A stretch of 64,000 bases of DNA from Haliotis rubra (GCF_003918875.1 NW_025765969.1:434001-498000); one strand, 5' to 3'; counted from the first letter of the stretch, positions 26,806 through 40,143 are shown. Notes: generated by a model not told the origin, from the letters alone. Program-made: numbers and translations.

Positions 26806-27617
26806 CAAAGTGAATGTGACACGGCACAGTAGATTATTGTGGCTTCGACACAACCACAGGTGACCCTCAATAATGATGGTCAGTCTAGCTAAGACACAAG
26901 AGCCAACTGGTCAATCTCTGCCTTTATTCAGGTCATAGTAACAGTTTCCTTGTCTCCACATTTACAGCAATACAATAACAAAACGAGACAAACAAATCAC
27001 TGGATTATGATAATAATAATAATATATATATTTTTATAATGCATTAAACTCAACACCAAAGTGTGCTCAAACTGCTGACAGAGTTCCACAGTTCATCATT
27101 ACTGCGGATCACCCAAGCTGCCTGTGAGACAATAGACGGTTATAGGCACATGACATCCCACCAGGTACGCATTTTCTGCTATTATCGAGAAAACTTCAAA
27201 GATTAACAGTTCTTTGAGATTTGTGTCATTCATGAAATAAGGTTTAATGATGCATTCAAGATTATTGTGCATATACAGCAGTACGCATGCAAGACAATTT
27301 GTAGTTTTAATGCCACGCACCAAGAGAGAGTAAGATGGGTTTTACGCTGAGTTCAGCAATATTCCAGCAACATTTTGGTGGATGACACGTGAAATAGGCT
27401 CTATACATTTTAACCGTGTCATGAATTGAACCCTTGTCCCAGGGATGACGAGTGAACACTTCAACAACCACGCTACCACACCGCAATCAAGAACCATTAT
27501 GGGTAACAAGTACCTTCAAGGTGCTTCAGGAACCTACCACATGTGGATCAGCTTAATTTAAATGCCAACCTTTTTGTCCGACATTAGAAGCAAGTGTTGC
27601 CTGACACAAGACAACTT

Positions 27618-27857
27618 GACCCATGAAGATCAGGGTTAGGACTGGTCTTCAGTAACCCATACTTGTCCTAAGAGGCGAATAACGGGATGTGGTCAGGCTC
27701 GCTGACTTGGTTGACACATGGCATCATATCACAATTGCTTAGATCGTTGCTCATGCTGTTGATCACTGGATTTTCTGGTCCAGATTTGATTAATTGCAGA
27801 CCGCCGCCATATAGCTGGAATACTGCTGAGTGTGACGTTAAACAACTACAACCAACC
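27618..27857 (+). mobile_element. SINE family B
   Basis: Full-length match to the family B consensus. Confidence 0.8.
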
Positions 27858-28065
27858 ATGATGAATCAGGATGTCAGGCATGGTGATTGCTGACACGCCC
27901 CGATGACATAGGACAATGCTGACATTATCTAACCATGGTTTGTCTGGCACATATTTGATACAACTCGATGTGCGTAAAGTAACTTGAGAATACTCCAAAT
28001 ATGAAAACTGAAAGTTTTCTCAGCAATGAGAATAAACACCAACCAAAGACCACACAAAAATTCAT

Positions 28066-28427
28066 CTATCCCTGAGAAGCTGAGAAGATTTTACAAATCT
28101 TCTGGTGCGACAATAAGGTTTTCTTCAAGGTGTAGATCTTGCCACACACACAGGAGTAACGGACTTTGTCGTGAACAGACTCCTTATGCAACTTCCTTGT
28201 ATTAGGGTGGGTGAACACCTTCCCACACTGGGGGCAGGGCCAGTAGTTTCCACCGCCTCCCCACCTGTCCTTCCTTGAGGCGACAGATTGACTCAAGGTT
28301 CGGGTCAGGGAGATCCCAGGCATGGTAAAGTCCGAATGAAGTCCTCTGTCCTCTGTTTCAACTCCATGATACTGAAGATGAGCCTGACTGGCCAAAGTTG
28401 AGAAATAATCGTTTGTGCCATCAGGAT
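28066..28427 (-). CDS. Alternative terminal exon ZF-G: zinc-finger pair
   Basis: Acceptor CCCTTCTTCCTTGCAG|AT (phase 1); CPQCGKVFTHPNTRKLHKESVH-DKVRYS-CVCGKIYTLKKTLLSHQKIC. Confidence 0.85.
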
Positions 28428-28939
28428 CTGCAAGGAAGAAGGGTTCAAGCTCTAGATTGTGTAGGTCCAGGGTTCCATTCCATGTAACAGAAGTATTCAA
28501 AGGCTGCAGTTTCAGATATCAGTCTCAATATTTCACTTTAACATTGACATAGGCAAGATCAGTTGTCCTTCATTTACTACTCAACAGAGACTATAGCAAC
28601 AAGTCTGAAGCCAGAATCACGTAGCTCAGCTATTACTAGTCCATAAACTGACTGACTGAGTTTGGTTTCGTTTTACGCCGCTTTTAGCAATATTCCAGCA
28701 ACATCACGGCGGGGGACTCCAGAAATGGGCTTCACACATTGTACCCATGTGGGAGTCCATAAACAATCAAACCTACGGATTATGACAGATCAAAGCTGGG
28801 ACTCATAAACAGTAACGACTTTTGCACAGATTGTCGTGTGCTTTCACAAAGTACCCCAACACAATATGCAAAACTAAAAATGCAGTAGAGAGGAATTTAC
28901 AAAGGATGGTGATAGATATGTGCATTATGTATAGTTTAA

Positions 28940-29108
28940 TGAGTGAGTGAGTGAGTTTAGTTTTATGCTGCTTTTATCAATATTCCAGCAATATTGTGAT
29001 ATTGGACACCAGAAACGGGCTTCACATATTGTACCCAGGTGGGGAATCGAACCCGGGTCCTCGGCTTGACGAGTGAACGCTCTAACCACTAGGCTACCCC
29101 ATCGCCCC
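28940..29108 (-). mobile_element. SINE family A
   Basis: Full-length reverse copy; a truncated copy lies at ~28628-28753. Confidence 0.8.
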
Positions 29109-29331
29109 TATATTTTAATGAAGGGAACATTTGTCTTCCACTGTAGACAGTCAAGGTCTTCTCCTTGTAAGATCTCCTTATCAAGCAGTTATATAGAGAT
29201 TATGCTTCATATGTCTAGTAGGTCAGACATTGGGATATTTTCACTGCAGTGAAGATATAAAATTTCTGTTAGTGCAGTGAACACATCACTTTCCACAAAC
29301 TCAGAAATCTCAGTCTCTTACACTTATGAAT

Positions 29332-32300
29332 CATTCTCTTCCCACAGAGGTTACTTGTCATTTCTTCCTACGAACCTCTGTTCTAATACTGTCATATTTC
29401 CCGGTTCTCGTAAAATCCCCTAGCGGCATAAAATCACAACACGAATTATCTCCCTTCTTTCTGTCCAATCAGAACACGTGTTACATCAACTTGACTAATA
29501 CAAGCAAATGTTGGGTCACAAATATCCCTCCTCTGCCAGGAACGTGTGTTGATGTGACACACAAGACATTTAATGGCTAGCTTGTCCGTTGTCAACGAGG
29601 GCGATGGAGACGCCTTTGATCCGCCATTTACATGACTGAGTTTTGTCTATAAGAAACGTTTGCGCATCGCGCAGGGAAAGAGGTTCTAGTTTTCCCGAAG
29701 CATACGGAAATAACCGAGGCCTTGCAAATGATCACTTTTGAAACAACGTCGCTGATTGCCCCAGCAGCTAAGCTGTCCACATCTGGCAGACACTCAGGTG
29801 GCGTGTGTGTATGTGTGAGACAGGACATTGCAAACAAATGTGTTGAACTGAAGACTGAAATCAACAATTTTGTGTGTTTGAAATTCCATAGATTTGTATT
29901 TAATCTACCAAATGACTTATTTCTTGTTTGTATATATGTTCCCCCTGTGAATTCTACATTTTACGACCGAAGTACTGATACAAGATGTCTCATTGAAAGA
30001 CTGGAGTCGTTTTTATTAGACAACTGGTCTGATATGTCTACTTCGCATGTACTGCTATGTGGCGATTTTAATGCTTTCGTACTAGTAATAATGAAAATAA
30101 TCCTATTTGCGAAGATCGGGATGAATTTGGTAATGATGATATCTATACAGATGTAGATAATGCTCCTGTTGACCAGCGTGTGTCACATGACAGTATCGTT
30201 AACAAATTTAAGTGTACTACTGAATCTGTGTTATGTGTGTAAACTTGTTCATAATGAACGGTAGAGTAGAAGGAGACAGAGGTGGAGAGTTTACATTTGT
30301 TGGAGCAAATGGCTCAAGTGTCGTTGATTATTTTCTTGCATCTGCTGATTTGTTTGAGTTCGTAGAAAAGTTAAATGTTGGCGATAGACCTGATTCTGAC
30401 CATCTTCCTCTGGAGTTGTCGTTCAGGTTTCCTTGTACATACCGGTCTAACCGACAGTTGATTGTGCTAAGACTCCTAGTTTTAGTAAATTTGTATGGGA
30501 TGCTTCTAAGCAGAATGAATTTATAAGTTCTCTCAAAGCAAGTTTGGATGCCAATAATGAGTCAATATTTAGTAAATTGGAGACTTCTCTTGAAGAGGGC
30601 ATAGACAATTTCATAAAGTGTATATTAGATTCAGCATCTTGTATGAGGAGACAGTTTAGACAAGGTGATCTAAATCGTAAACTTAAATTTAACAAGGAGT
30701 GTAATGTAGCTAGATCGAATCAAGGAAGGCTCTTAGGCGGTTTAGGCGCTGTCGCACTGAGCAGAATCAAGAGGAGCTATTGTAAAATTAGAAATAAGTA
30801 TAAGAGTTCCTGTAGAGAGCTTTTAAGCTGTGGAGTGCAAAACTCAAGGCTATGTCGACTAAATAGTACCCTCCACAGTCCTAGGCTGTTTTGGCAAAAT
30901 ATTCGCACCCTACAAAGAGGCTCCCCACCGTATCAAGTATATCACAAACAGAATGGTTTGCCACTTCAGGGACTTGTTGTCTAAGGACGATATTATCTAT
31001 GATGTACATGATGACACAATAGATACAGATAATGGATGTGACGAGTTTAGTGATGTTGATAAGTTTCTACTTGAGTCTCCTATTACAGAATTAGAAATAG
31101 TTGATGCTGTATCTCGCCTTAAAGTTGGAAAGTCTGCTGGTGTGGATGGTGTTATTTCAGAGATGATCAAAACTGCCTTGCCTGAGATAATGCCGTTTCT
31201 AGTTAAAAGCTTTAATCGGATATTTGATTCTAGATGTTTTCCGGGCTAAATCAATAATTGTTCCATTATTTAAGAATGGAAACATAAATAACCCTAACAA
31301 TTATCGGGGCATATCTCTGACAAGTGTTGTTGGTAAAACATTTGTATCTATTATCAACAATAGGCTAACACAGTGGTCAAATATGAGGGACTTGATCCCA
31401 GATTCACAAGCTGGATTTAGAAAGGAATACTCAACCTTTGATCATATTTTTACTGTATACTCAGTAATTGAGCTGATGTTTAGCTTTTAGTAAAAGAAAA
31501 TTGTATGTAGCCTTTGTTGATTTTAGAAAGGCTTTTGATTCTGTTGACAGAGATAAAATGTGGAAATGTCTTAGAAATAGGGGTCTTAAAGGGAAAATGT
31601 TTGATATTATCAGGTCAATGTATTCAAATGTAAAGTCTTGTGTTCGATGTGATGATGCTTTCAGTGACTATTTTGATTGTCCTACTGGTGTACGACAAGG
31701 CTGTGTTCTAAGCCCCCATACTTTTCTCATTCTTTATCAACGAACTATATTTTTGACGTTATACAATCTGGCAGACATGGCATCCAATTATTTCCTGATC
31801 TTGTTGAACTTTTATTTTACTTTTTGCCTAATTTATGTGATCCTTATGTCAAGTACTGTTATTGGCCTTCAGAGACAAATTGATACACTTTCATCTTATT
31901 CAGATAACTGGTGACTTGATGTTAATCTTGAAAAGACCAAAATTGTTGTTTTTCGTAAGGGTATCAACGGCAGCTACAGAAAAGTGGTACTTTTAAATGT
32001 GAGCGTTATGACTGTTGTTAACGAATATAAATATCTAGGGATACTGTTTACACATACACTAAATCTGAACAAATCCATTATTAATTTGGCAATTAGAGGG
32101 AAAAGGGCCCAGCACTTCAATTGCTCTCTGTTATACCAAAAGTTGGGGGTTGTTGGTCCCAATATATTTTCAAATTGTTTGATTCCCAAGTACAGCCTAT
32201 TCTTCTTTATGGGTCTGAAATTTGGGGCAATAAGAATTTTATGCCATTGAAAAGGTTCACCTTCTTGCATGTAAAGGTTTTTAAATGTTGGGATGTCTAC

Positions 32301-33219
32301 CCCTAATAATATGGTGTCACGGTGAATGTGGGAGATTTCCTTTGTACATAATTTCTTACTCTCGCTGTTTAAAGTACTGGTGTAAAGTAATAAATATGCC
32401 AGAACATCGCCTGCCCAAAAACCTACAATATGATTGTCCATCTTGATAATATTGGTAAAAATACTTGGGCAACCCGTGATTCAGATTCTTTTGTTTAGAT
32501 ACGGCTTTGGATTTGTTTGGCTATCCCAAACCCTGGGCGACGTTAATGCATTTATCAAACTCTTTCGTACCAGGGCTATTGATATCTTTAAACAAGACTG
32601 GCATTCATCTTTATATGAAAGTTCAAGATATGATTGCTATCGTGAGTTTAAATCTTTACTTGAACCTGAGTCGATTATCTATACAACTTCACGTAGTAAA
32701 AGCTTCGTAGTGTTTTCATGCGCCTGAGACTTGGCCTAAATGATTTATATATCAATCAAGGAAGATATTCATCTATTATAAAATCACAAAGGTTCTGTCC
32801 ATTTTGTAATACTGTAGAGAATGAATTACACTTTCTATTTCTTTGTCCTGCATATAATGATTTAAGGCAACTGTATTTTCCTCAATGGCTACAATCAAAT
32901 ATTAATGCTACAAAACTGTATTCAATACTTTCATGTAAAGCATCCCTATTACAATATAAGGTAGCTCTATTTATTTATCACGCGCTTATATTGAGAAGAG
33001 ATTCAATGTAACGTGTGTGTCGCATGTTGTATATGTTGTATATATCATACATATTTATTCTGTATATGGGCCTCTGGCCTTCATGCAATAAACTGATACT
33101 ACACAACTAAATCTGATTGCAACCAATCACGAATCCTGAACACTCGCACCATGAAAGGGCCGTATTAGAACAGAGGTTCGTAGGAAGATATGACAAGTAA
33201 CCTCTGTGGGAAGAGAATG
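29332..33219. mobile_element. TIR element (MITE) hosting the LINE
   Basis: ~58-bp terminal inverted repeats CATTCTCTTCCCACAGAGGTTACTTGTCAT... at 29332-29389 and the reverse complement at 33162-33219. Confidence 0.8.
29620..33105 (+). mobile_element. Decayed non-LTR retrotransposon (LINE ORF2: APE endonuclease + RT + C-terminal Zn knuckle), CR1/L2 group
   Basis: Frameshifted ORFs with FCL*ETF, GRHSGGV, IYVPP, GDFNA, SVVDYF, DSDHLPL (APE); KSAGVDG, NYRGISL, QAGFR, FVDFRKAFDSV, GVRQGCVLSP, YKYLGI (RT); RFCPFC..ENELHFLFLCPAY; AATAAA at ~33088. Confidence 0.9.
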
Positions 33220-33724
33220 TGAACACATCACTTTCCACAAACTCAGAAATCTCAGTCCCTTATGAATATAATAAACCACAAACAGCAGCAAACAGGGCAT
33301 GTGTTCAACACATCTTTATTTGGAACATGTTTTTTCAGATCTAATGAAAAATGGTCAAGTGATTTACAATGTTCTAAAATACAAACCCTTGGTCAAACCG
33401 CCAAGAAACACATTCTCATACTCAACGGTACTTATAAACGAATGCATTACCATGAGGGAAGTAATATCACTAAAGCCAATCACTGCTGCACAATTGTTTA
33501 GAAGCTGTAATGACCTGACCTCCAAAAGTCAGATCTTCTACACTTGATCTGATACCTCTCTACATCATGATTTGATACATCCGACAGAGGAGATCCCATC
33601 AGTAGTCCTGAAAGAACGAGTGGTTCCTCAGCCAATCAGATGTCAGCACTTGCCTCCATTTTCTGATATCAGTTCAGACATTTCAACACCCAGAAACAAA
33701 AACCATCACAAACATACCCTCGAC

Positions 33725-34068
33725 ATGAGTGAGTGAGTTTAGTTTTACGCCACACTCAGCAATATTCCAGCTATATGGCGGCAGTCTGTAAATAATCCAG
33801 TCTGGACCAGACAATCCAGTGATCAACAGCATGAGCTTTTCTTTGATTGGCATTTTAGAAGTTGAGTTGATGAAGAATAATGGCAATTATTATGGATATA
33901 CAACTTCTTTTATTCTGTGGCGTCGACGTTTCGACATAGATTCTAATGTCGTTGTCACTTGCTTCACAGAATAAAAGAAGTTATATATCCATAATAATTG
34001 TCATTATTCTTCAGCATGAGCATTGATCTACACCATTGGGATACGATGACACGTGTCAACCAAGTCCA
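33725..34068 (-). mobile_element. SINE family B interrupted by a Penelope-like hairpin
   Basis: 33725-33836 and 34011-34068 are contiguous in the consensus. Confidence 0.75.
33837..34010. mobile_element. Penelope-like inverted terminal remnant, copy 1
   Basis: Inverted arms GATATACAACTTCTTTTATT / AATAAAAGAAGTTATATATC around CGACGTTTCG; inserted in a SINE with TSD CAGCATGAGC. Confidence 0.5.
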
Positions 34069-34399
34069 ATGCCAGCATGACATTCAGAAATAACAAGGTA
34101 TGTAGAATATTCAAATTAACATAACTGTGTGTGCTTTATTATTTTTCATTTGGAACTGCCAGGTAATATCAGTTTTCGCGAAAGACAAATCACAAATGCA
34201 CTCAAACGAAGGACTTCAACATCAGAGAGCAACAAAAAAAATAATAGCTTCATGTTTCACGTAAACAAAACCCTTTTATCACGTGGTACCAAACAAAACC
34301 TCTTATTCATATTTTACTAAAACACAAACCTTGGTCACTTTGTACCAAACAAAAATTCTCATTCATGTTTCAGAAAAGCACAACACTTGATCACTTTGG

Positions 34400-35378
34400 T
34401 TAATTGGTTAAAATCTCATAATTGGTGATTGGTTCATTACAACCGATCAATCATCGGAAATAATTGGTTAGCATCATTTATCAAATTTCCGTGTAATGTT
34501 TCTTAATGCGCAAAAAAATAAGAAAAAACGTAATTCTTCAGGGATGTTTTTTGCAAATTGCACAATATGCATCTGCAAATTTCACATCTTTAAAGGATGA
34601 CTAGTATGTTAGGAACATATATTTTCTGGAGTCTTTCAGATAAATTCAATCATGACCTGGAACCAGTCTAAGTAAACTTAGGCTCAGTATTATTCGTTAC
34701 AAAGCTATAATGAGTCTAACAAAACCTAGTAGAAGGTCGCGCCTGCTAACCTTTGAGTGACCTATGACCATCCAATCAAACGCGAGACGGACAGACAGAT
34801 TTAATTAATCAGAGAACGACTATTTGTTGGGGTTAGAATGACTACTTGTTAGGGTTCGGTGGGACTTACAAAACGGTTTTTGGATTTTCTCTTCCCTGGT
34901 CGCTGACACTGATCTATCAACAAACGAAAATCTGCATAAAACACAGATATTTGACCTGCAGTATATACGCTTATGGGTTTCTAATGACATGGTTACTGTT
35001 TGCTTATATTTTCTAAAGATGACATCCTTGAATATTGACAAAAACGCTATTTTCAGTGACTGTTTACTTATTGCGTGTATCACTCGGAAGCGATCGTGCG
35101 GAAAATAGCATTCGGAATCGTTCAAGTGTTTTAGGTAAAGGTTCAAACGGTATGTATAATAGATAATACTGAGCCTAAGTTTACTTCGATCGGACCTGGA
35201 ACGTATTTGTAGTGCATATGAAATGTAAATTTAATGACAAACAAAACCAACCTTGTGAAAAATATTGTTAATGCAAACAAATATTCCAAAATTGTTCGTG
35301 TTCGATTATGAGAAAATTGCTAGGTCGTTTAGTCACTGTGACCAATCTTCGATTATTTCAATTAATCAGACCACCACT
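34400..35378. mobile_element. Second copy of the 22524 hAT-like MITE, interrupted by a nested element
   Basis: 34400-34663 and 35193-35378 align with 22535-22974. Confidence 0.7.
34664..35192. mobile_element. Mutator-like MITE (10-bp TSD) nested in a hAT-like MITE
   Basis: TIR core AAGTAAACTTAGGCTCAGTATTAT at both ends; GACCTGGAAC duplicated at 34654-34663 and 35193-35202. Confidence 0.75.
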
Positions 35379-35658
35379 ATGGCAAACACCACGTATGTTT
35401 TTTCCAGAACGTCACAACACATCTTCCTGAGAAAGAAATCTCACCACAGCCTTAAAACCAGTTCTTCAGAAAGGTTTGAAGCAATTGTGAAACATATCCC
35501 TACAGGCTGAAGTGATCAGTATTATTGTTACAAGTGATGGACAGAATATGTTCTTGTAAAATGTTTCCAAAGATTTGCCACACACAGAACCTTTATAACT
35601 TTTTTTGTTCTAAAGACTGAGGATGTAAATCAACTTCGCTAACAATTAAACTAATGAA

Positions 35659-36041
35659 TCAAGGCCCTGCATTTGCTACAACAGGACAATTCTTCCTGTG
35701 AGCCAACAAGCCTGTATTGTAAGCATAGGATTTCCCACACACACAATTATAGGTTTTCTTATTGTGTACAGCTGCCACGTGATTGCACCGAGCTCCCGTA
35801 CTGGCAAACACTTTGCCACACTCTGGACATGGGTAACAGCCCCCGGAGAGTTCAGAACCTGCTCGAGAACCACCAACTTGACTAGAACTGATCATTCCTG
35901 GGTTGGGAATATTAAACTGGACAAAATTCTTGTCAAATGAAAGTGAGTTTTCGTTCCTTTTTCTGATTTTTGCACCATACCACTGGTTGACATTGCGATT
36001 GGGCTGAAGGCTTCTCGAAAAGTTGCCACAACCTTGAAAAT
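35659..36041 (-). CDS. Alternative terminal exon ZF-H: zinc-finger pair
   Basis: Acceptor TCTTTTGTTTCTTTCAG|AT (phase 1); CPECGKVFASTGARCNHVAAVH-NKKTYN-CVCGKSYAYNTGLLAHRKNC. Confidence 0.85.
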
Positions 36042-37179
36042 CTGAAAGAAACAAAAGATTTGTTCTAGATCATGTTAGAGAGGATTTTCTATGTTCTAAA
36101 ACCAGGGAAATGCTTCAGCCAGAGAGACAGAAGAGTCCTATATATCTCATCCAATACTCTATGACAGATAAGGAATCCACAGTAATTTTCTCCTTTTCAA
36201 AACTTTTTTTGGGATTTACCACAGTGTTCTGAGGAATAGATGTGTATTCAATAATAATTCAACAATATGCCAGATTTCAACAATACCAAGTTCTGAAACA
36301 CTCTTTATCATGAATACCAGTCATGTCATTCAGTGCATGCCCTTAATCACTTCCTTATTTTCCACTTATTACTCACATGCTTGAAACACTAACAACCCAG
36401 CTGAAAGAGGTGCATTCACATTGATTTATTCAAAACTGATTATTAGTAAACCAAAGAAAGGTTAACTGAGTCTGTAGAATTTCAACAATCTTCCAACCTA
36501 AACACAATGTCAACACTTTCCATAAAACAATGTGTGAAGTGTTCCTAACCGTGTAGAACACAAATCTTTCTGACTACAAAACTGTTTTTTCTTAAAAGGC
36601 CCAAAGGACATTAAGATATTTATCCTCCTTGATAAAACGTGTGTGGGGAGACAAATGTCAAAGGACATGAAAGAATTCTGGTAGCTGAACACTTTTCACT
36701 AAATGATAAATGATCACTCTCCTAGAGACACCAAATAGCCCATAAATTATTCCCCTCACTGAAGCTTAAAGTTCTCCCAATCGAACCCTTCTATGTATGA
36801 TATGTCTAGTTATCATAAACACATGCTAAGGCAAGTCAATCATTCACCTGAAATATCACTGGGACAAATGGTAAGAGTAAAAATAGGGAATAGCATGGGC
36901 CATGTTTTTCACTGAAGTGTCCAATTTGACAATGCCCTCCAGATGTTCACCCTAAAGTTATACACCATGCTTGTAAGAAGGGCAGAGTGTGCAAGGAGTA
37001 TGTCAAAAATCTACCTGAGACCATGATTGTTTATTGTCCTGTCACATCAGAACGTGTAGACTTGTGTCAATAGTACGTTCCCAGAAATAACCTGAAGTAC
37101 AGAGCAATGCCCTTAAGAATTACAATGTTACCGAGTCCAAACTCAAACACTTGATATTTGCAGAAGCTGTTTAGCTGAA

Positions 37180-37510
37180 ACACAGAGGACTGTGATCTTC
37201 CCCTGGACATGAAGAGCATGTGCCTTGATCTCTTCACTAAAAACAGGAGATTGTGACCCATGTAGGAACATGAACAGAATGAGACATGATCCTAAAGTCT
37301 ATGGCTGAAACAATGGGATCATGGTCTTCCAAAGGACATGAACAGGATGTTACTTGATCCCAGAGTCTATGGTTGAAACACTTGGATCATGACCTTCTCA
37401 AGGACATGAACAAGATGTGTCTTGATCCCAGAATCTGTGGCTGAAACACTGGGATCGTGACCTTCCAAAGGACATGAACAGGATGTGCCTTCATTCCAGA
37501 GTCTATGATC
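37180..37510. repeat. 68-bp degenerate tandem repeat just downstream of exon ZF-I
   Basis: GGACATGAACA recurs at 37334, 37402 and 37470. Confidence 0.75.
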
Positions 37511-37554
37511 ACCAAATATTTATTCAATGGAACAACAAATCCACACATTCCATC

Positions 37555-37877
37555 TCAGGTGCAAAATGGACAAGTCTTTCTGTGTCTGATAAGCCCAGGT
37601 TGGTAGCTGTAAACCTTCCCACAAACACACGGGAAGGTCACCTTCCCATGAACAGACACAATATGGTTCCTCCTGGAGCCCTGACTGGTGAACGCCTTGT
37701 CACAATGCGGGCAGTAATATAGTCCGCCGATTGGTTCAGGTAAATTCCTTGTGGACACGGACTGATCTGGATCCATGGAGGACTGGTCTGATTCCACTGG
37801 AAGCGTCTGATCAGACAGCCCTCGCCAGGACTTATAGGTTGAACAAGCTTCGTAATAACTGCCATAACCGCGAAGCC
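37555..37877 (-). CDS. Alternative terminal exon ZF-I: zinc-finger pair
   Basis: Acceptor TGTTCTTCCTTTCAG|GG (phase 1); CPHCDKAFTSQGSRRNHIVSVH-GKVTFP-CVCGKVYSYQPGLIRHRKTC. Confidence 0.85.
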
Positions 37878-38154
37878 CTGAAAGGAAGAACATCTTGCAT
37901 TGGTACAAGTCTTCTCCATCATCAGTAGGTGCAGAAATCATTCATGCGTTCACAGGAAACCGACAATCCATCATTTACAACATCAATGTGTCCTAAAATT
38001 GTCAAAAGCCAGATATGTACCAGTGTAATTAGTATAGCTACAACTTCAGTCTGTGACTTTAGCCACTAGTCTTTAGCCCCAGTGTGGTAAAATTGTCTGG
38101 CCGAGTGAGCTCAGCTATCGAAAGTCCACAAATACACTAAATTCTAATCCAAAT

Positions 38155-38520
38155 ACTAATAGTAATAGTAATAGTCCGCTTATATGGTGCTCATATCCAG
38201 GCACATTGCCTGCTCACGGCACTACATACATTACTATCCCCGGTCATAGTACACCATCGTACATTCCGATACCTTTTCAACTCCCTGGGGATCATACAGC
38301 CATGCTGTCTGTTAGGCGCAATCAACTAACACTCACATTACCAGCACATCCTCACAGTTACCAATTTTACAGCTGGGTGAACTGAGACAATGTGGATCTA
38401 AGTATCTTGTCCAAGGATACTACGCAAATGTGCCCACCTCGGGTCCTGAACCTAGGTGCCTCCACCAGGGATCGAACCTGGGCCTTCAGCACGACAGGCC
38501 ATACCACTGCACTACTGTGC
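38155..38520 (-). mobile_element. CORE-domain (MIR-like) tRNA-derived SINE
   Basis: Minus strand: B-box GGTTCGATCCC, core CCTTGGACAAGATACTTAGATCCACATTGTCTCAGTTCACCCAGCTGTAAAATTGG, (ACTATT)n tail. Confidence 0.65.
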
Positions 38521-38949
38521 CCCAAGTTCTGGCTCGTAGTCTCAGAATGTTTGGCACAGATTGCCTTTTTCAAAAATTGTGAGTGGAAAGCTCTATCAGA
38601 AGAGCAGGATGTGTTGATCTGAACACATGGTGTCATCACTGGTTTTCCCTGATCTTTTTACATATATTTTTTTATCACTATGTTGCCTAATCACTCAAAG
38701 GAATTTGTTTCAGTAGATTATCAACATATCTAAACCAACAAAACCAAATCCAAACCTAAAAGAGAAAGATCCCGTAACTCTATTTCATGATCACAAACTC
38801 CTTACCAATGGGTAAACGAACAAAACAAAGAACATCGATTAGGCTGAAAGGGACATCGTCTACATGAGGCAGATCACATGAAACTTTTGTTCATATTTCT
38901 GTGTTTGGAAATTGGATGAATGTTAGACCGAATTGATAGTTTCTAAATT

Positions 38950-39280
38950 TCATTTGAAGCCGAACGCGTAGCGTGACAGTGCTGGCCTAACACAATGATT
39001 TGTGTACATGCGACTAACTTGGGATTCCTTGGAAATTGTTTTCATCATTTGGGACTGGATTGTGGCTATTGTCAAAGTGTACAAACATAGATCACCAGCA
39101 GGGACAGCCTTGCGGGAAGCTGACAGAGAGCAGAATTCTGGTGGTTCAGTTTTTGGCATGTATTTTTTTAACGATGCATCGGGACATGATGGAGTATGAG
39201 TGGCATAAATTTGGTGTCGCCTGACCATTATCTTGCAAATTTCCCTTTCTATACGGAAACAAATACACCATTTACCAGGT
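38950..39280 (-). mobile_element. Crypton-like (DUF3504-type) tyrosine recombinase remnant
   Basis: CPDASLKKY and MMKTISKESQVSRMYTNHCVR match the Crypton/KCTD1-type YR motif (MMK.IS..A.LS..YTNHC.R); truncated, and bordered by a MITE. Confidence 0.6.
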
Positions 39281-39282
39281 AG

Positions 39283-39598
39283 CAGGGCTCGATTTAAGGG
39301 ATGTTTACCTACTTGCACCAGGTGCAACCAAAGATAAAAACCTACCTAGCTGCACCAGCCAAATTCCAGTTGCACTGCTTTTATTGCAATATGTAATGGC
39401 AGAAATATGCTATTGAATTATTCAAAGTTTAGAAGAAAAATGAGCTGACATAATTATGTTTATAATGTCAGATTTATTGTTGATTTATTTCTCAAAAATG
39501 GACTTGCACCTGGTGCAATTTAGACAAATAATTAGGTTGCACTGTGTATAATATTGGGTTGCACCGGTGCAAGTAACAAATCACTAAATCAAGCCCTG
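39283..39598. mobile_element. MITE (CAGGGCT termini)
   Basis: CAGGGCTCGATTTA / TAAATCAAGCCCTG with subterminal TTGCACC(A/G)GGTGCAA repeats. Confidence 0.65.
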
Positions 39599-39976
39599 AG
39601 TAGGCATATGCTTACTAAAGTTTTTCTGCAAATTTTGTATAAATAGGGATGTATTTTGACAAGGCTTTCTGATTTATAAGTCAGATATTGTTTGTCTATG
39701 TTTGGGGCTGAGCATTGTAATTGAGTTTAATATTTTTATAATACAAAGTAATGGGTTAGGGAGGTTCCCTAATAATTGTGGAGGAAAAATCATAAAATTT
39801 AATAAATGTTTTAGAAGCATTTCCATCACGTCTGTTGTGTTGATATTAGCCATGTTGGTGGTGAAACAAAGTAGTAAAATGTTGTATACTTGAAGCGGTT
39901 GAAATCAGACACATTTTCAATCCAGGATTGATAGTGTCTAATTTTATTGATTGTCCAATCAAATTCAAGTATTTCA

Positions 39977-40143
39977 GGGCGGTGGGGTAGCCTAGTGGTT
40001 AAAGCGTTGGCTTGTCACGCCAAAGACCCAGGTTTGAATCCACACATGGGTACAATGTGTGAAGCCCATTTCTGGTGTCCCGCGCCATGATGTTGCTGGA
40101 ATATTGCTAAAAGTGGCGTAAAACCAAACTCAGTCAGTCAGTC
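39977..40143 (+). mobile_element. SINE family A
   Basis: Full-length copy; TSD AGTATTTCA. Confidence 0.85.
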
